Source of the DNA: Dehalococcoidia bacterium
GTDB lineage: Bacteria; Chloroflexota; Dehalococcoidia; WHTO01
Assembly (NCBI GenBank): GCA_035711945.1
Contig: DASTBR010000074.1
Coordinates: 1 to 39,433, forward strand
DNA length: 39,433 nucleotides
Direction: 5' to 3'
The number at the start of each line of letters is the position of its first letter. Positions within the stretch are counted from its first letter, which is position 1. Made by a program: the position numbers and the translations under genes. Positions 1-8,092 of this stretch are shown here, piece after piece. Below the pieces are notes generated by a model. It was not told the DNA's origin, searched no databases, and saw only the letters and a program-made list of their open reading frames with translations.

Positions 1-56
1 TAGTCGCGGCGGGGTGGTTCGAGCGGTCGCAAGACTGCTCTCGAAACGCCTCAGCT

Positions 57-95
57 GGAGGCCTCGGTTGCGGAGCCCGAGGCCTCCTTTTTTCT
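57..95 (+). terminator. Rho-independent terminator of an off-window upstream plus-strand gene
   Basis: Perfect 11-bp stem GGAGGCCTCGG (57-67) / CCGAGGCCTCC (77-87) with a 9-nt loop, followed by TTTTTTCT (88-95). Confidence 0.8.
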
Positions 96-109
96 GTCCG
101 AGAGCTGCC

Positions 110-877
110 TTGACAGCTTCGCAGCAGGTCCTCCAGGAGCCATTTACCATCTACCGGGGTCTGCCCGTCGTGGCGTTTGTGACGACGCGGGCCGGAGGCG
201 TGAGCAAGCCGCCGTTCGATTCACTGAACCTCGCCTACCTGACGGCAGACCGGCGGGAGGATGTGCGGGAAAACCGGGAACGCGTGGCGGCAGCCCTTGA
301 ACTGGATCACGACGAGCTGCTGATCGGAAGGCAGGTTCACGGCGGCCAGGTAAATCGCGCGGAAGAGATAGAGCTGGGCGTCACGGAGGGTGACGGGATC
401 CTGCTGACAAAGCCCGGGACGGCAGCGATGATCGTGGCCGCGGACTGTCTGCCGCTGCTCCTGTATGATCCGGAACTTCACGTGGGCGCGGTGGTGCACG
501 CGGGCTGGCGCGGCCTGGCCGCGGGCGTCGTGGAGAATGCGGCAGGGGTGCTTGCTGGCGAGGGCGCTGAACTGTCGAGAACGCTGGTGGGGATGGGGCC
601 GGGCATTGGCCGCTGCTGCTACGAGGTGGGGCCGGAGGTCATCTCGGCGCTAGATCCTCTGAGCGACGAGTACAGCGAGGGCAACGGCGATCGATCGATG
701 CTGGACCTGAAGGCGATGACACGGCGGCGACTTCGCGCCAGCGGACTGGATGATGAGCAGATCGAGGACATGGACGTTTGCACGCGCTGCAACTCCGAGA
801 AGTACTTCTCGGCGCGTGCAGGGGAGCCGACCGGAAGGTTCGCGGCGGGCCTGAAGCTGCTGGAGGCGACCGTATAA
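110..877 (+). CDS. pgeF: YfiH/PgeF family (DUF152, laccase-domain) purine nucleoside phosphorylase-like protein
   Basis: Translation has the family motifs AADCLPLL, VHAGWRG and GRCCYEVG. The ORF-track start at 14 would read through the terminator at 57-95. I therefore call the first in-frame start after it (TTG 110); GTG 170 is an alternative. Confidence 0.8.
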   Translation: MTASQQVLQEPFTIYRGLPVVAFVTTRAGGVSKPPFDSLNLAYLTADRREDVRENRERVAAALELDHDELLIGRQVHGGQVNRAEEIELGVTEGDGILLTKPGTAAMIVAADCLPLLLYDPELHVGAVVHAGWRGLAAGVVENAAGVLAGEGAELSRTLVGMGPGIGRCCYEVGPEVISALDPLSDEYSEGNGDRSMLDLKAMTRRRLRASGLDDEQIEDMDVCTRCNSEKYFSARAGEPTGRFAAGLKLLEATV

Positions 878-1290
878 TGATGGCTGCCATGAGAGGACTT
901 CTGAGACTCGCCGTCGTGGCGGCGATCATCGCCGCAGTCGTGCGGTTGATTACGACCAATCGCGAGAGGATCGGCGAACTCTATCGCCAATACACCGGTG
1001 TGCGGCCGACGGTCGACGAAACCGGCGACCCGCCAGTGGCGCCCGGCCGCTACGCGCCGGACGTCGACTTCGAAGGGGGCGCGAACGACGACCTGACGTC
1101 GATCCGCGGGATCGGCCCCAGCTCTGAGCAGCAGCTGAAGGCGGCGGGCATTAACACCTATGAGAAGCTGGCAGACTTGAGCGGCGAACAGGTGATGCAG
1201 GTATTGAGCAGCGCGCCGCCGGGGGCCGACTTTGAGGCGTGGGTGGCGCAAGCACGAGAGCTGGCGGAGGCGCGCCGCCGATCCAGCTGA
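877..1290 (+). CDS. Membrane-anchored protein with C-terminal helix-hairpin-helix motif
   Basis: The ATG overlaps the pgeF stop (TAATG at 875-879), in frame with track ORF 778..1290. There is an N-terminal hydrophobic helix LLRLAVVAAIIAAVVRLI. The motif LTSIRGIGPSSEQQLKAAGINTYEKLADLS looks like an HhH motif. Confidence 0.6.
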   Translation: MMAAMRGLLRLAVVAAIIAAVVRLITTNRERIGELYRQYTGVRPTVDETGDPPVAPGRYAPDVDFEGGANDDLTSIRGIGPSSEQQLKAAGINTYEKLADLSGEQVMQVLSSAPPGADFEAWVAQARELAEARRRSS

Positions 1291-1907
1291 TGCCAGCGCT
1301 GCAGGAGCGGCTGTTCCTCGAACCGGCGGGATCGGGCGAGGTGCGGCTCGAGGCAGTCCTTCACCTGCCGGAGTCGGAGGCAAGTTCCGGGGTCGCGGTG
1401 TGCCATCCACACCCGCAGTACGGCGGAGACATGGACAACTACGTCGTTACGGCCCTTTGCGAGCAGTTGACAACGGCCGGGCTGGCGGCGCTGCGGTTCA
1501 ACTTTCGAGGAACGGGCGCGAGTGGTGGCTCGTACGACGCTGGGGCCGGCGAGGTTCATGACCTCGAGGCGGCCCTGCGCTGGCTACGCGAGCGCGAGGG
1601 GACCTCCAACGTGGCGGCCTGTGGGTATTCGTTCGGGGCGCTGATCGCCAACCGGGCCAGCGGCGTTGCCGCTATCGCCTGTGTGTCGCCGGCGAACCCG
1701 CTTGTCGAGACTGGTGTGCCGCTGTTCGTGGTTATTGGGGACCAGGATCAATTCATGGGAGCAGAGACGCTGCGGGCATCAGCCGAGGAGCAGTCGAACC
1801 TGACGCTAGAGGTCTTTCAGGGCGTCGATCATTTCTGGGGCAGGGGGCTAAACGAGGCTAGCGCGAAAGTGGCCTCATTCCTGCGCCAACATCTCGAGCC
1901 TGCCTGA
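1290..1907 (+). CDS. Alpha/beta hydrolase (COG2945-like)
   Basis: The ATG overlaps the upstream stop (TGATG at 1288-1292), in frame with track ORF 1239..1907. Motifs seen: HPHPQYGGDMDN, RFNFRGTGAS and nucleophile elbow GYSFGA. Confidence 0.75.
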   Translation: MPALQERLFLEPAGSGEVRLEAVLHLPESEASSGVAVCHPHPQYGGDMDNYVVTALCEQLTTAGLAALRFNFRGTGASGGSYDAGAGEVHDLEAALRWLREREGTSNVAACGYSFGALIANRASGVAAIACVSPANPLVETGVPLFVVIGDQDQFMGAETLRASAEEQSNLTLEVFQGVDHFWGRGLNEASAKVASFLRQHLEPA

Positions 1908-2100
1908 AATCGCGGGGTGACGTGCCGGCGAGGGCATAGCCGGCGCTGACGAGCGCCGCACCTACCCTTTGACGCAAGGCCAAGATCCACGCTGGCCGGG
2001 TGGTATCAGTCTGACTGCTGGCAAGAAAACGCATGTGGTCAGCCCGGCGTATCTGTTCGTCCCTTTTCGCCCTTTCGACATCCCAGATTGCTGGATTCAT
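1858..2100 (-). CDS. Small hypothetical protein (80 aa), divergent from the CGNR gene
   Basis: ATG at 2100 is preceded by a perfect AAGGAG (2107-2112) with 6-nt spacing. A TTGACA-N18-TAACCT promoter candidate lies upstream. I recognise no family. The 3' end overlaps the convergent hydrolase gene by 50 nt. Confidence 0.45.
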   Translation of the reverse strand: MNPAIWDVERAKRDEQIRRADHMRFLASSQTDTTRPAWILALRQRVGAALVSAGYALAGTSPRDFRQARDVGAGMRPLSR

Positions 2101-2115
2101 GGCTGACTCCTTGAG

Positions 2116-2154
2116 TAACCTGTGTACAGGTTACGCCGGTTTGTGCTAACCTGT
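2116..2154. promoter_or_regulatory. Operator: perfect palindrome TAACCTGT-GT-ACAGGTTA plus a third TAACCTGT half-site
   Basis: The 18-bp perfect inverted repeat is at 2116-2133 and an identical 8-mer is at 2147-2154. Minus-strand promoter candidates overlap the sites: -35 TTGACA (2152-2157) and -10 TAACCT (2128-2133). Confidence 0.6.
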
Positions 2155-2163
2155 CAATGACGA

Positions 2164-2763
2164 ATGATGGTTACGAAGGCAATTCAATACGCACAACTAA
2201 CTGACGAACACGCGGAGGATCCGCGGACGGCGCGGCAGAGCGCGCCGGGCGCCCTGTCGTTGGTGCTGGACTTTGTGAGGACGAGTAGCTTCCTGGACGA
2301 CTCGGCCAACCTCCGAGATTGGTTGCGAGCCCAGGGGTTGATGTCCACCAAGGAGGAGCTTGCGGCAGGCGAGGCGCGGTCGTTGATCGACCTGCGACAG
2401 GCGCTGAGGGCGCTGCTCAGGGCGAATCATGACCGGACCGCCAATGGTGAAGCACTGAAGACTCTCGACCTGCTGTCCTCGCAGGTGGCCATGGAGCTGC
2501 GATTTCGCGACGACCAGGCGAGTCTGCAGGCCCGTGACGGGCGGTCCGGTCAGCGAGCGATCGGTCAGATCCTCGGCATCGTCTATGACGCGATGGCAGA
2601 CGGGAGCTGGCAGCGCATGAAGATTTGCCGGGCGAGCGACTGTCAGTGGGCGTTCTATGACAGCTCGCGGAATCGTTCGGGCACGTGGTGCAGCATGAGC
2701 GATTGCGGCAACCGCGCCAAGGCGCGTGCGTTCAGGGAGCGCAGTAGGACGACACAGCGATGA
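2164..2763 (+). CDS. CGNR zinc-finger / ABATE-domain putative transcriptional regulator
   Basis: The C-terminus CRASDCQWAFYDSSRNRSGTWCSMSDCGNRAKARAFRER is the CGNR zinc-finger signature. No Shine-Dalgarno is obvious, so the transcript may be nearly leaderless. Confidence 0.85.
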   Translation: MMVTKAIQYAQLTDEHAEDPRTARQSAPGALSLVLDFVRTSSFLDDSANLRDWLRAQGLMSTKEELAAGEARSLIDLRQALRALLRANHDRTANGEALKTLDLLSSQVAMELRFRDDQASLQARDGRSGQRAIGQILGIVYDAMADGSWQRMKICRASDCQWAFYDSSRNRSGTWCSMSDCGNRAKARAFRERSRTTQR

Positions 2764-2778
2764 GGGAGGTAGGTGGAA

Positions 2779-3357
2779 ATGGGCACTGAGATACGCCCGT
2801 TGACGAGCGAGCGCTGGCGAGACCTGGTGGATCTGTTCGCCGACAGAGGTACAGTCCGCGAGTGCTGGTGCATGTGGTTCAGGAGGCCGCGGAAGGAATG
2901 GGGCGAGCAAGCGGGAGCGGGGAACAGGCGAGCCATGCAGTCGATCGTGCGCCGGAACGAGATACCGGGCTTGCTGGCCTACCTCGACGGTAAGGCGGTG
3001 GGGTGGTGTTCCGTGTCGCCGCGTGAGCGGTACGGCAGCCTGGAGCGTTCAAGGGTGCTGAAGCGCGTGGACGATAAACCTGTATGGTCGATCGTTTGCT
3101 TTTACGTGGTGCCGACAGAGCGAAACAAGAAGGTTGCCGAGTCGCTGCTTGGAGCGGCGGTGAGCTATGCGGCAGAGAACGGGGCGGAGATCGTCGAGGC
3201 TTATCCGCTGGACCGAAGGGACGACCGTCTCCCGGACGGCGACGCCTTCACGGGACCGCTGACGATGTTCAAGCGAGCGGGGTTCAAGGAAGTGGCCCGA
3301 AACACGCCGAACAGGCCGATCGTGCGCTTCAGCGTGGCCAAGTTCCTCAAGGTGTGA
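2779..3357 (+). CDS. GNAT family N-acetyltransferase
   Basis: Size and motifs fit a GNAT (CWCMWFRR; acetyl-CoA region NKKVAESLLGAAVSYAAENGAEIVEAYP). GGGAGG (2764-2769) sits 9 nt before ATG 2779. GTG 2773 is the track alternative. Confidence 0.75.
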   Translation: MGTEIRPLTSERWRDLVDLFADRGTVRECWCMWFRRPRKEWGEQAGAGNRRAMQSIVRRNEIPGLLAYLDGKAVGWCSVSPRERYGSLERSRVLKRVDDKPVWSIVCFYVVPTERNKKVAESLLGAAVSYAAENGAEIVEAYPLDRRDDRLPDGDAFTGPLTMFKRAGFKEVARNTPNRPIVRFSVAKFLKV

Positions 3358-3391
3358 GGCTCGTAGGAGCCGCCGCCGCTAGGTTTGTGGC

Positions 3392-4303
3392 ATGGCTGAT
3401 CTTGACCGCTGGCCTCATAAGTTCGCCGAGACGAACGGTATCCGGCTGCACTACGTGGAGGCGGGTCCGCCTGACGGCCGGCTGGTAATCCTGCTACATG
3501 GGTTTCCGGAGTTCTGGTACTCGTGGCGCAGCCAGATCGAGGCGCTGTCGGAAGCCGGGTACAGGGTGGCGGCACCGGACCTGCGTGGCTACAACCTGAG
3601 CGACAAGCCGGCGGACGGCTATGACGTGCCGAACCTGGTCGAGGACATTGCCGGGTTCATCCGGGCCCTGGGTGAGGAGTCGGCGGTGGTGTGCGGGCAC
3701 GACTGGGGTGGCGGGCTGACGTGGGCGTTCGCCAGCTATCACCCGGAGATGGTGGAGGCGCTAATCGTCGCCAATGCGCCGCATTTCGGACCGTTCGAGC
3801 GCGAGCTACGCAAGCCGCGGCAGATGCTGCGCAGCTGGTACATGCTGTTCTTCCAGCTTCCGGCCGTGCCGGAGTGGACGATCCGAGCGGGTGACTACCG
3901 GCTGATCGAGCGGATGTTTGCGCAGCGGGCGGACGCAGCGTCGATACCACCGGACGAGATCCAGGCGTACAAGGACGCGATCGCGACGCCGGGGGCGCTG
4001 ACGGCGGCGCTTGGCTACTACCGCGCGGCGTTCCGCGGCCGATTCCGCGGAGACAGTGGATTCGAGGGCGGGTGGCCGGTGATCACTGCGCCAACGCTGC
4101 TGATCTGGGGGACGAACGATGTGGCGCTGGGGGTCGAAACGACCAAGGGAACCGAGCAGTGGGTCCCCAATCTGCGCATTGAGTATTTGCATGGAGCAAG
4201 CCACTGGGTGCAGCAGGAGCGTCCGGAAGAGGTCAACCGGCTGATGGTGGAATTCCTGGCGGGGCTTCCAGCCCGGAGTGGAGAAGTAGTCGCCTTAGAC
4301 TGA
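3392..4303 (+). CDS. Alpha/beta hydrolase, epoxide hydrolase / haloalkane dehalogenase-like
   Basis: HGFPEFWYSWRSQI and the nucleophile motif GHDWGG are typical of the epoxide-hydrolase-like subfamily. A C-terminal GASHWVQQERPEEV supplies the catalytic His. Confidence 0.85.
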   Translation: MADLDRWPHKFAETNGIRLHYVEAGPPDGRLVILLHGFPEFWYSWRSQIEALSEAGYRVAAPDLRGYNLSDKPADGYDVPNLVEDIAGFIRALGEESAVVCGHDWGGGLTWAFASYHPEMVEALIVANAPHFGPFERELRKPRQMLRSWYMLFFQLPAVPEWTIRAGDYRLIERMFAQRADAASIPPDEIQAYKDAIATPGALTAALGYYRAAFRGRFRGDSGFEGGWPVITAPTLLIWGTNDVALGVETTKGTEQWVPNLRIEYLHGASHWVQQERPEEVNRLMVEFLAGLPARSGEVVALD

Positions 4304-4326
4304 GGTGGAGGCGGCCCCTCCACGAT

Positions 4327-5706
4327 ATGGCACTCAGTCCACACCAACGTTCGTACGCCGACACCTACCAGGATGCGCTCGGTGCGCCCTCGGAGGCGGT
4401 GCAGGAACTGCCCCTTCTGCAGCAGTTTCGCTTCTATCGCTTTGCGCTGTCAGCGCTGACGGCGAACACCGGTCAGAATGCGTTGTCGTATACGCTTCTG
4501 ATCGTCGTTATCGACGAGACAAGCTCGGGTGTATTTACAAGCCTGTTCGTGCTGTGCTCTCTGCTGCCGATCATCCTCTTTGGCCTCGTGGCGGGGATCG
4601 TCGTTGACCAGCTGCCGAACAAGCTGATCCTCTTTACCGCCAACGTGACCCGAGCGATCGTCGTCTTCCTCCTGCTGTACTGGCCGACGAACGTCGCGAT
4701 GATCCTCCTAACCGTCGTTCTGCTCTGGACCGTCCAGCAGTTCTCCTCCCCGGCGGCCTCATCCGCCCTGCCGGCGTTGCTGCCGCGCCACAGCTATAGC
4801 TCGGGCGCGGCTTTGATCGACGTTGCCAATTTGTTCGCGCAGTTGATCGGCATGGTGATCTTTGCACCGGTGATGCTCAAGCTTTTCGGGCCCGAACCTG
4901 TCTACGCGACGACAGCGGTTCTCTACGGGGCCGCTGCCTACATCGTTTTCACGATCCCGCGCATGACCGACCCCAAGGCGAAGGTGGAAGAGCTTCAGCG
5001 CGAGCGCTCGCAGATAAAACTCTTCGAGGCGCTATCCGCCGGCTGGAGGATGCTACGTTCGGATGCCGTCGCCTTCGAAGCCATGGTGCAGTACACGCTG
5101 CTGAGCACCGCAACGGCGATCCTCGTGGTGCTTGTGCCGCAGTACACGGAGGAGGTGGTGAACACTTCGGCCGAGAACCTGATCTATATCTTCTCCCCGG
5201 CAGCGCTGGGCCTGTTCCTGGGCCTGTGGCTGGCGCCGATCATCGGCCGTCTCTATGGCAACCCACTCGCCTCGACGATCGGGTTTGTCCTCTTTGTCGT
5301 TTCCATCGCCGGCTTCGCTTTCAGCGCCGGCGTCGAGGAGATCATCATGGAAAACGGCTTCGTGCCGATCGAGGAGATGGCGGACTTCTTCAACATCAGC
5401 ATCGCGGTGGTGGTCACTATGCTCCTGGCACTGCCTGCCGGCGTGGGGGCAGGCATGGTCGGAATTGCAGCCAAGGCGACTCTGCTCGAACGCGCGCCGG
5501 TAGAGGGCCGCGGGCGCATATTTGCAACACAGGCCTGGGCGGCTGGGGTCCTGTCGTTGATTCCGATATTCGTGGCCGGACTGATTTCTTCGGTGATCGA
5601 CGTGCGTTTCGCCATCTTCCTGCTCGCCTTCGCGCTCGCAGCGATCGCACTCTATGCTCGCTTCGGGCTGGAACCGCAGCCGGCATCAAGCGCCCAGCCA
5701 AGCTGA
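4327..5706 (+). CDS. MFS transporter
   Basis: 459 aa with roughly 12 hydrophobic spans. The motif GLVAGIVVDQLPNK lies after TM2, as in MFS proteins. Confidence 0.75.
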   Translation: MALSPHQRSYADTYQDALGAPSEAVQELPLLQQFRFYRFALSALTANTGQNALSYTLLIVVIDETSSGVFTSLFVLCSLLPIILFGLVAGIVVDQLPNKLILFTANVTRAIVVFLLLYWPTNVAMILLTVVLLWTVQQFSSPAASSALPALLPRHSYSSGAALIDVANLFAQLIGMVIFAPVMLKLFGPEPVYATTAVLYGAAAYIVFTIPRMTDPKAKVEELQRERSQIKLFEALSAGWRMLRSDAVAFEAMVQYTLLSTATAILVVLVPQYTEEVVNTSAENLIYIFSPAALGLFLGLWLAPIIGRLYGNPLASTIGFVLFVVSIAGFAFSAGVEEIIMENGFVPIEEMADFFNISIAVVVTMLLALPAGVGAGMVGIAAKATLLERAPVEGRGRIFATQAWAAGVLSLIPIFVAGLISSVIDVRFAIFLLAFALAAIALYARFGLEPQPASSAQPS

Positions 5707-5718
5707 GAAGGAGTCGAG

Positions 5719-6384
5719 CTGCTAGCGATACTGGGAGGCACGGGGCCTGAGGGCACGGGACTGGCACTGCGGTTGGCGCTGGCGGGGCACGATGTGACGA
5801 TCGGCTCGCGCTCCGAAGAGCGTGCTGAGGAGGCGGCTGCAGCCGTACGCGCGAAGGCTGAAGGCCTTGCGGTGGAGGGCGCCCTCAACGAGCAGGCGGC
5901 GAAAACTGCCGACGTTGTGATCAACACGTTGCCCTACGAGGCTCAAGCGCAGAGCCTGCCGGGCCTACGCGAAGCAATCGCAGGCAAGCTTTTCGTAAGC
6001 ACTGTGGTGCCGATGAAGTTCGAGAAGGGCGTCGGGGCAAGCGCGATCCCCGTACCCGAGGGGTCGGCGGCGGAGCAGGCGCAGGCGATGCTACCCGAGG
6101 CGAGGGTGGCGGGCGCGTTTCAGACGCTCAGCGCCAGCAACCTGAACGACGTTGGCCACGCGCTGGATGCCGACGTGCTGGTTACCGCTGATGACATCGA
6201 GACGCGGGAGCAGGTAGCGCGGCTGGTCGAGTCATGCGCTGGACTGCGGGCCGTGGACGCAGGCCGGCTGGCGAACACTCAGTACGTTGAGCACATCACC
6301 TGTCTGCTGGTGAACATCAACCGGCGATACAAGGCGCACAGCGAGGTGAAGATCCTCGGGCTGCCGCAGCCGGCGCCGGCCTGA
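5719..6384 (+). CDS. npdG: NADPH-dependent F420 reductase (NpdG/Fno-like)
   Basis: Rossmann N-terminus LAILGGTGPEGTGLALRLALAGHDVTIGSRS. The GxGxxG loop lies upstream of the first canonical start (TTG 5773). AAGGAG (5708-5713) precedes CTG 5719 by 5 nt. The frame opens only after TGA 5704-5706. Confidence 0.7.
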   Translation: MLAILGGTGPEGTGLALRLALAGHDVTIGSRSEERAEEAAAAVRAKAEGLAVEGALNEQAAKTADVVINTLPYEAQAQSLPGLREAIAGKLFVSTVVPMKFEKGVGASAIPVPEGSAAEQAQAMLPEARVAGAFQTLSASNLNDVGHALDADVLVTADDIETREQVARLVESCAGLRAVDAGRLANTQYVEHITCLLVNINRRYKAHSEVKILGLPQPAPA

Positions 6385-6392
6385 CCCATTCG

Positions 6393-7133
6393 ATGATGAC
6401 GGTTTCCATTATTCCTATCGCGGGCTTGCCTGAGATTCGACCAGGCGACGACCTGGGCAGGCTGATCCATGAAGCGGCGGAGACCTTTGAAGACGGCGAC
6501 ATCGTCGTGGTCACTCAGCGGGTTGTCTCGAAGGCGGAAGGACGGCTCGTCGACCTCGCTTCGGTCGATCCGTCGCCGCTGGCGCTGAATTTCGCCGCGC
6601 GCTGGGAGAAGGATCCGCGACTTGTCGAACTCGTGCTGCGGGAGAGCCGGCGGATCGTGCGGATGGAGCGCGGGATCATCATCGCGGAGACGCATCACGG
6701 GCTGATCTGCGCCAACGCGGGAATCGACGCAAGCAACGTAGTGGGCGAGTCGGTCGTGTGTCTGCTGCCTGAGGATCCTGATGCCTCGGCTGAGCGGCTG
6801 CGAGAGCGCCTGCTGGAGCTTGGGGCTGCGAACGTGGCGGTGATCATCACGGACACGTTCGGACGGCCGTGGCGGGTGGGGCAGACGAACGTTGCGATAG
6901 GGGTGGCCGGGATGAGCCCGCTGGTGGACTACATCGGTACGCCCGATACCCAGGGACGGGAGCTGAGGGTGACGTTGATCGCCTCCGCTGATGAGATTGC
7001 CGGGGCTGCGGAGCTGGTGATGGGGAAGGTGGAGAACGTTCCGGCGGCGATAGTGCGGGGTTATCGGTTCGAGGCTCGGGAGGGCAGGGCGGCTGAGCTG
7101 ATCCGGGAGGCGGATAAGGACCTGTTTCGGTAG
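6393..7133 (+). CDS. cofE: Coenzyme F420-0:L-glutamate ligase (standalone CofE)
   Basis: Motifs VVVTQRVVSKAEGR, GLICANAGIDASN and ITDTFGRPWRVGQTNVAIG. At 246 aa it has no fused nitroreductase-like domain. Confidence 0.85.
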   Translation: MMTVSIIPIAGLPEIRPGDDLGRLIHEAAETFEDGDIVVVTQRVVSKAEGRLVDLASVDPSPLALNFAARWEKDPRLVELVLRESRRIVRMERGIIIAETHHGLICANAGIDASNVVGESVVCLLPEDPDASAERLRERLLELGAANVAVIITDTFGRPWRVGQTNVAIGVAGMSPLVDYIGTPDTQGRELRVTLIASADEIAGAAELVMGKVENVPAAIVRGYRFEAREGRAAELIREADKDLFR

Positions 7134-7282
7134 AACCCGTCAGTCCGACCACCAGCGAAATAAGTGCCATCGTTTTCGGACCAGAAGGATGTTCGAAGCT
7201 CCGCGCGGCTTAGCCGCGCAACTACAAGCGGGTAGGGGCGAGCGTCGGCTGAACGAAGCTCTTTAGACTACGAGAACCGGTT

Positions 7283-8092
7283 ATGACTGCCTGTAGTGTC
7301 TCGCTGGAGAACGTCTCGCACAGCTTTGCGCGTGAAGACGGGTCTTTACACGTCTTGAATGACGTCTCGCTGGACGCCGGAGCGGGCGAGTTTGTTTCGA
7401 TCGTCGGGCCTAGCGGCTGCGGTAAGTCGACTTTGCTGCGAATCATCGGTGGGCTGGTGGAGCCCTCCGCTGGGCGCGTCCTGATCGACGGCGAGGAGCC
7501 GCGGCGAGCTCAGCGGCAGATGAAGGTTGGGTACGTGTTCCAGGAGCCGGCGCTGCTGCCCTGGCGCAGCGTGCGGCAAAACGTTGAGCTGCCGCTCGAG
7601 GTCGGCAGACGCAACGCTTCCGAACCTACCGGCCCCGTTCACCCATTCCCGGCCGAACCCGCCGATGGCGCGAAAACGGGGGCGCTTCTTGAGTTGGTAG
7701 GCCTAGCGGATTTCGAGAACTATCCGCCGCGTCAGTTATCGGGCGGGATGCAGCAGCGGGTTGCTATTGCACGGGCGCTGTCGTTTAACCCCCCGCTGCT
7801 GCTAATGGACGAGCCGTTCGGCGCGCTGGACGAGATCACACGGGAAGCGATGCGGCTCGAGCTACAGCGGATCTGGGCGGGCGACCAGAAGACTGTATTG
7901 TTCGTCACGCACAGCGTGCGCGAGGCGATTCTGCTCTCCGACCGCGTTGTGGTACTGTCGCCGAGGCCGGGACGAGTGGTGGCGACCGCCGAAATCGACC
8001 TGCCACGGCCGCGGGACCAGGCGGTGGAAGACTCGGCGGAGTTTCTCGCGTACCTCGATGAGTTGCGAGGAGCCCTGCGGGTGGCTGCTTGA
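7283..8092 (+). CDS. ABC transporter ATP-binding protein (NitT/TauT family)
   Basis: Walker A GPSGCGKST, signature [15 protein letters not shown] and Walker B LLLMDEPFGALD. A Pro-rich insert of about 13 aa (SEPTGPVHPFPAEPADG) lies before the ELVGL helix. Confidence 0.85.
   Translation: MTACSVSLENVSHSFAREDGSLHVLNDVSLDAGAGEFVSIVGPSGCGKSTLLRIIGGLVEPSAGRVLIDGEEPRRAQRQMKVGYVFQEPALLPWRSVRQNVELPLEVGRRNASEPTGPVHPFPAEPADGAKTGALLELVGLADFENYPPRQLSGGMQQRVAIARALSFNPPLLLMDEPFGALDEITREAMRLELQRIWAGDQKTVLFVTHSVREAILLSDRVVVLSPRPGRVVATAEIDLPRPRDQAVEDSAEFLAYLDELRGALRVAA

Noticed and set aside
619-1410. 263-aa minus-strand ORF
   Set aside because: It is antisense across pgeF, the HhH gene and the hydrolase gene. 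It is Arg/Pro/Ala-rich with no motif.
4304-4323. Hairpin GTGGAGG-CGGCC-CCTCCAC between the epoxide-hydrolase-like gene and the MFS gene as a terminator
   Set aside because: It has only a 7-bp stem, no U-tract, and lies 4 nt before the next ATG. It is more likely incidental or a minor coupling element.
5226-5750. 174-aa plus-strand alternative frame inside the MFS gene
   Set aside because: It is an Arg/Gly-rich out-of-frame shadow, and the MFS frame has coherent TM segments.
7134-7282. TPP (THI-box) riboswitch upstream of the NMT1/THI5-type ABC operon
   Set aside because: I looked for the conserved CUGAGA and ACCUGAUCUGGAUAAUGCCAGCG-like elements and did not find them on either strand. Only a short GCGCGGC-TTA-GCCGCGC hairpin (7203-7219) is present. 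A covariance-model scan would be the decisive test.
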